This document shows, piece after piece, positions 37,318 to 48,739 of a stretch of DNA of 64,000 bases (the stretch's first letter is position 1; the number at the start of each line of letters is the position of its first letter). The position numbers and the translations under genes are program-made. Source of the DNA: Reclinomonas americana ATCC 50394 (Eukaryota); the NCBI GenBank assembly GCA_048213135.1, contig PS015110.1, positions 50,221 to 114,220 of the forward strand. The letters run 5' to 3'. The notes under the pieces are model-generated. The model did no database searches and had not been told where the DNA came from. It worked only from the letters and a program-made list of their open reading frames with translations.

Positions 37318-39931
37318 TTAGCGGCAGACCAGCAGCAAACGCTCTGTTAAGAGTGAGTTCAAAATCAAGTTCTCCTCAAGCAGTCTGAAAGCCAGATACC
37401 TGTACGCTTCAGCAGCAGCGGCAGATTTGACACAAGAGATCTCAGTCGCCGTCTCGGCTTCAGGAAGCTGCTTGAACTCGACGAGCAGTCGATGGTACAA
37501 TGTCTCCCATTTCTCGACACCAGCAAGGGCATGGTTCGCCTGCGCCGCTGACTCTTCCATCTGTGCACGAGCCTTGGCAAGTTCGGCGCCATCGCTGAGC
37601 AGCTGCAACTTGCGGTGCTTTTCCTCCATCTCCGCCTCAAGCTGGGCAACAGCAACAACAAATTGCGTCAGTGATTCGACAAATCAGTGTATGTCATCAT
37701 CCACACTCTTAACCCCTCCCGGAAACCCTCTCACGTGACAATTACATACATAATGCTCAGCAATACTCAGTCAAGATGTCTGCGCCTTGTTATTCTTGCC
37801 TTCCTGCTTAGTGCTTCTCTCACCTTGCTGTGATAGATGAACCGACTGACGCACACTCCGAGCTCCTTCTTGCATCGCCCCTCTGTCTCGGCAACCATCT
37901 GCGGAACTTCCCCACGCCGCTCAGAGTCCTCTTGCCACAGCTGCAAAGAATTAGCTGCTGCTTGATACGCAGAAATATACATCTCCGGGAAGCAAGAACT
38001 CTCTGCGGAGAGAGCTTGCAACACGCCCAGGCACGCGTCAACTGGTTCCATCTCCGATTGCACAACCTTCTCTTGTTCGGCGAGCTCGGCGCTGAGACAG
38101 CTGAGTTCGTGCAATGCGACAGTGTTCAGCTTCAGCCGATGCAGCAAGTCCTGGCGCTCTGCCTCGCGCATCTGCCGCTGATCAGCCACGTAGACTGTCA
38201 TGCCTTGCAATTCCCGCCGAAGTTCGGCTTGCTGACCGCGCCCGCGGTCAAGGCTGCTGCAAAGCTCTTGTCGCCGCTTATGCCAGTTGACCCGCATATC
38301 GGATCCCTCACAGTTGACTACTGCTGCCTTCTCCACAGCAGCAGTTGTGATAGCCGATACCAAAGCAGAAGCATGCAACTGGTCAAGAGCCTTGTCCACC
38401 GCGGCCACTTGCAAAGGATCGCGGACCGCCGCCGCAGATACCTGAGCAACATCTTCAGAGGCTGCTTTCGCAGCCGCAATCAGCAAAAGCTTCTTCTCCG
38501 TCAAGTCATCCAGTGCATCAGAGTCGCGATGAATCTGCAACAAAAGTGTTGAACTATACTGGTAGCGGTGGCACAACATTCAACACGCTGTACCTCATGC
38601 ATCAGACCAATGGCATCGGCGACAGAGTGCTTTGTGATACATGTGACCAGTGGCAGCTTGGCATTGCGAAATGAGGGCCGATCCATGCGCGCGAGCACGC
38701 CATTCACAAGTTTCTGACGCAGTTGTCGCAAGTAATCGGCGGGATCGCCAGTTCCACACCAAGCCGGGAGTCTGCGACAAGTCGCAGAAAACGTCAATGC
38801 GAAGAAAAGGCCATACTACAGTAGGAGAAGCATGTACCCAAAGAGGATACTCAGATCCAAATCTGCGCACAAATTATTGAAGGCAGTGAGATTCGATGAC
38901 AGCAGCCAATGACACCTCTGTACAGAGAGTTACGCAAGCAACAGTTCTCCACTCATTGACTCACTCACTCCCTTTGGCAGCACCACTCGCCTACTTGTGG
39001 CACCAACTCATACTCCGTTCCACTCACTCACCGCCGTCGATGTTTTCGACTCCAGCAGCTGGGGCATCGGCTCCACGATCGTCAGCTATGTATGGAGAGC
39101 CCGACACATATTAATGCGACGAAAAATATATCCGCAAGTTAAAGTTGAACCGTACCGAGATGGCGCAGATCATGGGTCAGCTTCTCGACTTCCTCATCGC
39201 GCAGCACATCAGTCCGAGGATCTGGATACAGTGACTTCAGACTGCCCATCTCTTCCGCCACTCTCTCCCGTGATGCGTCAAACGGAGAGCGAAGGGTCTG
39301 CCTGACGTCACTGCAACACTCGTCATACTCTGCGAGAGCACAATACGTCAACTACCACGTATGCACGCTATAAGCGGATGCGCCGTCACGCAACCGATGG
39401 GAAGGCGAACGAGGGCAGCATCCCGCCTCAGGCTTTTTATCTGTGAAAACAATGAGATCACTGTTGAGACACGTACGCTCGCCACAGGTCACTCACCTCG
39501 GTAAGCTTCTCGAGCACCATGGCCAGTTCTTGTCTGCCGTTGTCACGTACTACTTGAGCTGCCGTCTCGCCTCGCTCATTTACCATGGGAATAAGGTCGG
39601 GATAACGAATGGCGAGCACTACCGCAGTGGCAACAAGGCGGCCAAATTGGGTGTCATCCCCATTATAGCGATAATGATACACCAGTCCGTTGACAGCGTG
39701 GTGAAGTGCCGTAGACTTGCCCTTGTCGACTGCCAGCGCCATTTTCGGCGGACATCGTTGATCATCGGCCAGAAACCACTCCACCACATCGATATCCTCG
39801 CGATAGTGACACGCGCGGATTGCCCCCATTAGTGGTGTCTCTCCGGGTTCTATCGCGAGCGTCACATATTCTCCGTTCACATGAAAGCTGACATTCCCAG
39901 AAGAGTAGTCAAAGCCGTTGTCACTGTACAG

Positions 39932-39984
<53 letters not shown>

Positions 39985-40229
39985 ACACACACACACAAAA
40001 GAAGGCGATGAATACATGGGGGCGAGATGGAGACACAACCACAGTGCACTGACGCACAAACTCATGTTTCGTGATCACCACAAGGACGTCGCCAAGGCGA
40101 CTTCAACGTTGATAAAGTTCAGTCGCACACACGAGTTGCACAAACTCGACACAGCCTTGACGATTCGCCTCGACCAACGTGTTTTGTCTTGGGGGACACA
40201 CCGCACCAATACTGGAGCTCGACGTGCAT
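37318..40229 (-). CDS. Ankyrin-repeat plus long coiled-coil protein, multi-exon
   Basis: Ankyrin-like motifs GETPLMGA, KSTALHHAV and NERGETAAQV in exon ~39924-39497. Phase-compatible splices lead to IKSLRRDAALVRLPI, EYDECCSD..LTHDLRHL and the helical exons ~38534-37824 and ~37640-37318. Start and middle junctions are uncertain. Confidence 0.55.
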
Positions 40230-40321
40230 TACTCGAGCGTATTCCACTTCTCCTCCTCCCCCCACCCCCCCCTTTCTCGCCTTTCACATCCCTTCAATAA
40301 TCAGACACCCTTTCCCTCTTT

Positions 40322-40777
40322 TCACTCCCTCGCCAACAACAACCTCTCCAACCTCTCCAACCTCCCCTGCATCTCCGCCACCGCCTGCTCCCTCCTCGCC
40401 CTCTCCTCCGCCAACTGCCGCCGCAGCTCGGCCACCTCGGCATCCTTCTCCCGCAACAACTCCGCATGCCGATCCACCTCCTCGTGCTGCTCATTAATGG
40501 CCTCCACCAGCACCGCCGTCACGCGCGAGTAATCGACCTGACGGAACTCGGTGCCGTGGCGCGACTTGTGACGCCACACCAGCTCGGGCCACACCGCCTC
40601 CAGCTCCTGCGCAATCACACCGATTTCGCGCTTGCCGGCGGTGGCGCCGACTTGATCGGCGGCGTACTCGCTCCACTCGAACGTGTAGCCGTGAATCGAG
40701 CGGAGGGCGTCGAGCACGGAGCTGCCGAGGGCCTCGCGCAGCGTTCGAACGTTGCTCTTGAGCGAGCGATCGGAGAA
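40322..40777 (-). other. Peptidase S74 / intramolecular chaperone auto-processing (ICA) domain plus terminal coiled coil
   Basis: FSDRSLKSNV (Ser codon 40774-40772, Lys codon 40759-40757) .. LDALRSIHGYTFEW .. REIGVIAQELEAVWPELV .. VDYSRVTAVLVEAINE, followed by heptads (LREKDAEVAELRRQL..MQGRLERLERLL). Confidence 0.92.
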
Positions 40778-43700
40778 GGCCGTGCCGAGGGTGATGGGAT
40801 ACGCGTTGCCGACGTTGTCGACCCAGCAGGGCTGCGGGTGGAAGGGAAGGGGATGAGCAATAGAAGGGTGAGGTTCTCCAACCTCTCTCGTTCTCTCTTG
40901 CTCTCTCACACAAACTGCCGTCTTTTCTCGCCCACTCTCTTCGTCTCGCGCTTGATCGTGTCACCGACAGCGTAGCTCGCACCGCCATTGGCCACCGTGG
41001 CACTCACAATGCCAGTGCTGACTGAGGACATGGCACCAGAAACGATCGTCTCTCACGCCCTCCACTTCGTATCTCTCTGCTTCCCATTCTCTCTCCCTTT
41101 ATTCTTCCCCCTCTCTGAACTTCTTTCGATCACTGCCTCCATCCCGATTCCTCGCAGAACCGCCAATAATTTATCGCTCACACACAGACCTCTCACTCTC
41201 ACCTCGGCAACTCACCATCATATCTCTCGCTTTCACTCTCTTCGCCTCTCGAGTCTCTCCTTTTCTCATTCTCTCTTCTTTTTCTCCCTCTATCTTTACT
41301 TCTTTTGGTCGCTGCCTTCTTCCCCATTCCTCGCAAACAACCATCTCTCATTTTCGCTCACACACAGACCTCTCACTCACACCTTCGCTCCTGTCCCTCC
41401 AACTCACATCTTGTCTCTCTCACTCCCTTTCTTCGCCTCGTTCATTGTCCTCACCTCTCCCCCCTCCTATTCCTCTCGCTGATTAACGCGCTCACTCACA
41501 AATGTCTCTCACTTTTTTCTTCCTTTCTTTCTCTCACCCACACAATTCCCATTTACCGTGTCTCCTCTCCAACTCCCTACGATCCTCTGAGAGAGAGCAT
41601 ACGATCATTCTCACTATCTTCCCCACAATATCTCAGTTGTTCCAGCTCTGAACAAACCAACTTCGTGTCTCTATCGCGCCCCTCCTAGTCTTTGCCATAC
41701 CTGTCCTTCCCTCCCTCTCACACATACACATTCTCTCCCTCCATCTCTCCCTTTCTCTCTCCCTCCCTCCTTCTCCCTCACTCTCTCTCCCTTACCCTCC
41801 CTCCCTTCTCCCTGTCCCCCTTCCCCCTTCTCCCTTTCCCTCACCCCCTCCCCCTTTCCCCTACTCACATTCACAGTAATTCCCATCTTGGTCGTTGCAT
41901 CGCACACATACAGCTGCCCATAACCACCAGCCTGCGTCGGCGGCGTAATCGCACGCGCCAAAATCGCAATCGTACCCGAGTCAAACTTGGTCAGTGACGT
42001 GGTAGAGAACACCGCGTTGCCGGCCACCGTCAACGTGTTGGTAGTTGACGGTAATGTGACATTGCCCGACAGCGTGGCGGCACCCGTGATCGCCACGGTG
42101 TTGGCAAACGACGCCGGACCGGCCACCGCAAAGGCGCCGGCGCCCACACTCGTAAACGAGGTAAGACCGGCAAAGGTAGTGGCGCCGGTAACCGACAGTG
42201 TGCCGCCCAAATTCGTGGCACTCGGGCCGGTCACCGTGAGACCCGCATTGAGGGTGGCGAGACCGGCGGAGACGGCAAAGGTGCCGGTGATCTGCGACAT
42301 GGAGAGAGGCATGGTTAGCAGCATATAAAAACAAGATTAACCTTCTGTTATGGAGATCTCGTCATCCACCATTTTAGCTCATTTAGATCTCTCTCTCTCT
42401 CTCTCGTACAGCCGCTGCGACACTCTCGACTCAGACACTCACAACCATCCATAGTGAGTGTGCATCGCTCACTTCGTTCGCTCTCTTGAACAACTCTGCC
42501 GATGCATGTCTCTGGCGGTGTCAAACATCCTGCGCGAGCGTGCATCACTCACTTTGTTCGCTCTCTCGAACTGCTCCTACGAACTCCACCATCCAAAGTG
42601 CGCGTGAATCGCTCATTTCGGTCGCTCTCTCAAATAACTCTCCTGCTGTGGCATGTTTGATGCCCACGCTTTCGACCATCACAAGTACGTGTATCGCTCA
42701 CTTCGTTCGCTCTCTTGAATCACTCTGACGCTGTCAATCATCCCCAGTGCATGTGAATCGCTCAAATCGTTCGCTCTCTCGAATCACATGCTTGCGTCTG
42801 ACGCTGTATACCATCCAAAGAGTGCATGAATCGCTCACTTCGTTCCCCTCTTGCCATTGCGTGCCTGTCACTGACGTCATCCAACATTTTAGCTCACTTC
42901 GATCTCTCTCTCGAGCAGCCGCTGCGACACTCTTGACTCTGACCCTCTCAGTCAATCTATCGCTCACTTCGTTCGCTCTCTTCACTCGCCTTCTGTGATA
43001 TGTCTCTGACGCTCTCCACCACTCTGGGTGCGCATATCGCTCACGTTGTTCGCTCTGTTGAATCACTCCGACGCTCTCCACCATCCAAGTTGTGCGTCAA
43101 TAGCTCACTTTGTTCGCTCTCTTGCTCACTCTCTAGTTGTGGCATGCTTATCTCTCACGCTCTCACACATGCGAGGTATGGGCATCGCTCACTTCGATCG
43201 CTACCTCGAATTGCTCTCTGACGCTTTCCACCATTCTCAGTGCGCGCGTATCGCTCACTTCGTTCGCTCTATTCAATCACTCTACGATGTCATTCTTCGT
43301 AGGTGTGCGTCAGTCGCTCACTTCGTTCGCTCTCTCAAATCACTCTCCTGTTGTGTCCGATGCTCTCACCTCGCACCTATCGCTCACTTCGTTCGCTCTC
43401 TCTACCCCTTTCCCCCTCTCTCCCTTCCCCTTCCACCCCCTTCCCCTTTCCCACTCACCGCCACATTGCTGCTGAACGTTCCCGTGGTGGCCGTCAGCGC
43501 ACCCACCGACGACGTGGTCGCCACCGTCAGGCTATTGAACGAACCGGAGCCACCCACCGTCAACGTCGACGGTGCCGTAATGGCCACACTCGACGCAAAC
43601 GTCACCAAACCGGCCACCGACAGCGTCGAGCTCAGCGTCGTCGCTCCGGTCACGGCCAGCGTACCACTCAGCGTGGTGGCACCGCCGCCCGTCACACTCA

Positions 43701-44587
43701 GCGTGCCCGGCGAGTTAATGGTGAAGCTGCCGGTGAGTGACGAGTTGCCGGTAATGGCCACGCCCGCCTGCATCGTCACAGCGCTCCTGACCAGCAGCGT
43801 GCCGTCCATGGTGGTCGGGCCGTTGCCCATTTGGAACTGCTTGCCGTCGGCAATCGTAAACGCGCCATTGTGTACCGTCGTTCCCGCCACCGTCAACGTG
43901 CCATTGAGGGTCGTCGCACCCGTACCCACCGCAAAGGAAAACGTGTCGGCAATCGAAACCGGAGCCAAGAAGCTGGTGGCGCCCGTCACCGACAGTGCAC
44001 CGACGTTGGTCTGCCCGGTCACCGAAAGCGTGCCGCCCAGGGTGGTGTTGCCGTTGCCCATGGAGAAGTTGTTTCCGTTGGGAATGACCACGTTGCCATT
44101 GAAGGAGAAGCTGCCGCCCAGTGCCGACAGGCCGCCATTCAGCGTCGTCAAACCGGCCACAGTCAACGAGCCGCCGAGGGTCGTGGCGCCCGTGCCCACC
44201 GTCAGTGTGTTGGCACCCGAGATGGAAATCGGTCCGTTGGAGGTGACACCGTTGCCGGCGGTGATGAGGCCCGTGATGTTGGCCGTGCCAGCCACCGTCA
44301 AGTTGCCTGCGATATTTTGTAAGAAAGAGACAGAGGGAATGAATTGCACGGCTGTGAACACTTCTCGCTCACCTCCCAACGTGGCCGTGCCGGTACCCAT
44401 GGTAAACGTCGACGCGTTCTGCAGCGTCATGTTTCCGTTGAAAGTCGACGCACCGCCCACCGACAGAGTCGACGACAAGGTGGTGGCGCCGGTCACTGCC
44501 AGCGTGCTGCCGAGAGTCGTCGCGGCGCTGGCGTTGAAGGTGCCGCCAACACTCAGTGCGCCTGTGATATCATCGAGTGAGTAGAGG

Positions 44588-44633
<46 letters not shown>

Positions 44634-45192
44634 CAGTACAACATAACAAACTACCACAGACGAAAGACACTATTGACTCCTACCAACCCTACAATCGCTC
44701 GCACGCACAGACAAGACACGCAGAATAAACAACGCAGAANNNNNNNNNNNNNNNNNNNNNNNNNNNNNNNNNNNNNNNNNNNNNNNNNNNNNNNNNNNNN
44801 NNNNNNNNNNNNNNNNNNNNNNNNNNNNNNNNNNNNNNNNNNNNNNNNNNNNNNNNNNNNNNNNNNNNNNNNNNNNNNNNNNNNNNNNNNNNNNNNNNNN
44901 NNNNNNNNNNNNNNNNNNNNNNNNNNNNNNNNNNNNNNNNNNNNNNNNNNNNNNNNNNNNNNNNNNNNNNNNNNNNNNNNNNNNNNNNNNNNNNNNNNNN
45001 NNNNNNNNNNNNNNNNNNNNNNNNNNNNNNNNNNNNNNNNNNNNNNNNNNNNNNNNNNNNNNNNNNNNNNNNNNNNNNNNNNNNNNNNNNNNNNNNNNNN
45101 NNNNNNNNNNNNNNNNNNNNNNNNNNNNNNNNNNNNNNNNNNNNNNNNNNNNNNNNNNNNNNNNNNNNNNNNNNNNNNNNNNNNNNNNNNNN

Positions 45193-45234
<42 letters not shown>

Positions 45235-48200
45235 AGTACAACATACAAATCCACAGCGAAAAGACACATTTGATCTCAACCCCTCAATCGCTCGCACGCA
45301 CAGACAAGACACGCAGATAAACAAACGCAGTGAGAGACAGAGGTCCGTACAACAAGGGATCAAGAAAGAAATAAGAGAGACATTTCCTCAGAATCACTCG
45401 AATTACATACATGCTCACTCGTGCACGCACAGAGAGAGAGAACATTGATAGAAGCGCAGAGACAAGTAAAAGCAAGAGAGCAGAAAACACAAAAATCCGC
45501 TGAGCAAGAGACACATATGACCGCAATCGCCAATCGCTCGCAAACAAGACAGGCGCACGAAGAGCGAGAGACAGACAGCGAGAGATGTCCGTACAACAAG
45601 TCTACGAAGCAGAATGACAGAGGTACAATCTCACACTCACTGTACAGATTCACGACTGACTGTATTCCTGATTTTGACACACAAACACAAGAGAGAGAGA
45701 GAGGGAGGGAGGGAGGGAGAGATGACCACGCAAACAGAATGCCTGACTGCGTGTTTGCGTGAGAGAGAATACATGCACACATACACACAGAGAGGGAGAG
45801 AGACAGAAAGAGAAAGAGAGAGAAAGCCAAACAAATCAACTGAATTCTTACACGCACTCGATCGCTCGCACGCAAACTAGTACACCTTGCTCAACAAGAA
45901 ACATACAGAGCAAAAAGCAACATATTCAGATCAGGTGACTGACAGTCTCGCTGACTAAGACACAGAGAGCGAAAGAGACACGCAAATGTGCGACTGACTC
46001 AGTGCATACAAATATAGAGAGACGCGACTCAGAAACAACATCAGTATGTGTTCAAACTCTCTTTGTTCCTCTTCGCCCTTCCCCTCCCAACCCTTCCCCT
46101 CCCCACCCTTCCCCTTCTTCCCCTCCCCTAATTTCCGCAACTCGTCACATTCATATTCTGCGACGCCGTGACATTCGCGGAGAACGTGCTCACACCACCC
46201 ACCGACAGCGTGCCGACAAGCTGCGTCGCACCGACCAGCACCTGCAAACCGCCCGCCGTCACCGTCACACCATTCTTGAAATCGGTGGCGCCGACCACAG
46301 TCAGCGCACCACCCAGTGTGGTCGTTCCCGTGCCAACATTCAACGTGTTGGTGCCGCTGATGCTCAGATCGCTGTTAAACGTAGCAATACCGCCCACCGT
46401 CAGCGTCGTCAGCAGATTGGTGGCGCCGGCCACTTGCATGGAGCCGCCAAAAACCGTCGGTCCGTTGCCGACCGTCACCGAGAAGCTGCTCGGCACCGTG
46501 AGGTTGCCGTTGATCGTCAGCGCCGACGTGAAATTGACGCCGCCATTAAAGGTGGCCAGTCCACCGACAGTCAGCGTGCCGCTCAGCGAGGTCGAACCTC
46601 CCACGGTCAAGCTATTCGTGCCCAGCACAGCGAGATTGCCGCCGTTCACATCCATGCCCGTGTTGGCCGTCACCTTGCCGGTCAGAGTCGACGTCGAGGC
46701 CACCGACAGCGTGCCGCCGAGTGAAGTGCCACCGGCCGTCACCGTGACGCCCGTAGCCACCGTCAGCGAGTTGGCAATGTTTGTCGCGCCCGTCACATTC
46801 AGCGTCGACAGCAGCGAGGTGCCGAGGAGCACCGAGAGAGTGCCTGTGAGGTGAGGGAAAGTGAGCAAGGCGATGGAAATAAGGACTCGAACAAAGGTGG
46901 AGCGAATACACATGCAGCTCTGTCAACTGGGACAACACACTCTCTCTCCCGCTTGCTCAGTCCATGATGCATTCACTCTGACAGCTCAATGAATCATTCA
47001 CTGACTTTCCTACTCATTCACACACACTCTCTCCCTCACGCAGACTCTCTCTCTCTCTCAACACACGCAGACTCACACTGACTAATTTAACCTCGCATCC
47101 TCCCTCACACACACACACACTCCCTATCTTCCCATGCCCACTCACTAACTCACACAACTCCGACTCACTTTTCTCTCTGATCTCCTCTCCCCTCCTTCTC
47201 CTCTCTCTCTCACTCACTCACTGCCACACACTCACACACTCACACACTCACTCACTCACTCACTCAGTCACTCACTCACTCACTCACTCACTCACTCACT
47301 CACTCACTGCCTTTCTCACTCACACACTCACTCACTCACTCACACACTCACTCACTCACTCACTCACTCACTCACTCACTCACTCACTCTCTCTCTCTCT
47401 CACTCTCTCTCTCTCTCACTCACTCACTCACTCACTCACTCACTCACTCACTCACTCACTCACTCACTCACTCACTCACTCCCTCACTCACTCAGTCACT
47501 CACTCACGCACCCCTTCCCTGTTCCTCTCCTTCTCTCCCCTTCCCCTTTCCCCCTTCACCCCTTTCCCTTTCATCCCCCTTTCCCTTTCTCTTCCCCTTT
47601 CATCTTCCCTTCCCTTTCATCCCCCTTCCCCTGCATACCTTGGAGAGTGGTGGGCCCATTCCCCACCGTCACCGTCTGCCCATTGGCAACCGTAACCGAC
47701 CCATTAAACGACGACGCCCCGCTCACCGTCAACGTCGACAGCGTCGTCGCACCCGTCACCGACAGCGTACCTCCGAGCGACGTCGCACCATTACCAATGG
47801 TCACCGATTGTCCGTTGGCCACCGCCACGGCGCCATTCAGTGTGGTCGAGCCGGCCACCGTGAGCGAGCCGCCGAGCGTCGAGGTGCCGGTGCCAACCGT
47901 GAAGGTGCTCGTGCCCGTCACGGCCACATTGCCAGAGAAGGTGGCCGTGGTGGCCGCCAGAGACGTCATCGTGGTGGCACCGGTGACGGCAAGGGAGCCC
48001 TGCAGTGCAGTGGCGCCGCCAGCCACCGTGAGTGTCGACGGACTGGCCACAGTGACGTTGCCGGCGACGGAGAGTGAGCTGGAGAGCGACGCGGCGCCCG
48101 TCACACTCAGTGTGCCACCGGAGATGTTCAGACCGCCGGCCAGAGTCGCCAGTCCGCTGTTCACCGTAAAGGTGTTGGTGCCGAGAATGTTGACATTGCC

Positions 48201-48647
48201 GTTGAAATCGGCCGCATTCGCCGTCAGCTTGCCCGTCAACGCAGTGGTGCCAGTGACCGCCAGCGAGCCGCCGAGCGTGGTGGCACCCGAGGCCACCGAC
48301 AGCGTACCGCCACCAGTGATGGAGACGNNNNNNNNNNNNNNNNNNNNNNNNNNNNNNNNNNNNNNNNNNNNNNNNNNNNNNNNNNNNNNNNNNNNNNNNN
48401 NNNNNNNNNNNNNNNNNNNNNNNNNNNNNNNNNNNNNNNNNNNNNNNNNNNNNNNNNNNNNNNNNNNNNNNNNNNNNNNNNNNNNNNNNNNNNNNNNNNN
48501 NNNNNNNNNNNNNNNNNNNNNNNNNNNNNNNNNNNNNNNNNNNNNNNNNNNNNNNNNNNNNNNNNNNNNNNNNNNNNNNNNGTACCGTCGGTACGTACGT
48601 ACGTACGTCGTACGTCGTCGTCGTCGTCGTTCGTCGTCGTCGTCGTC

Positions 48648-48739
<92 letters not shown>

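Noticed and set aside
42464-43401. True CRISPR array
   Set aside because: Eukaryotic intron, no cas genes, degenerate repeats, variable-length and mutually related spacers. Kept only as a spaced repeat array.
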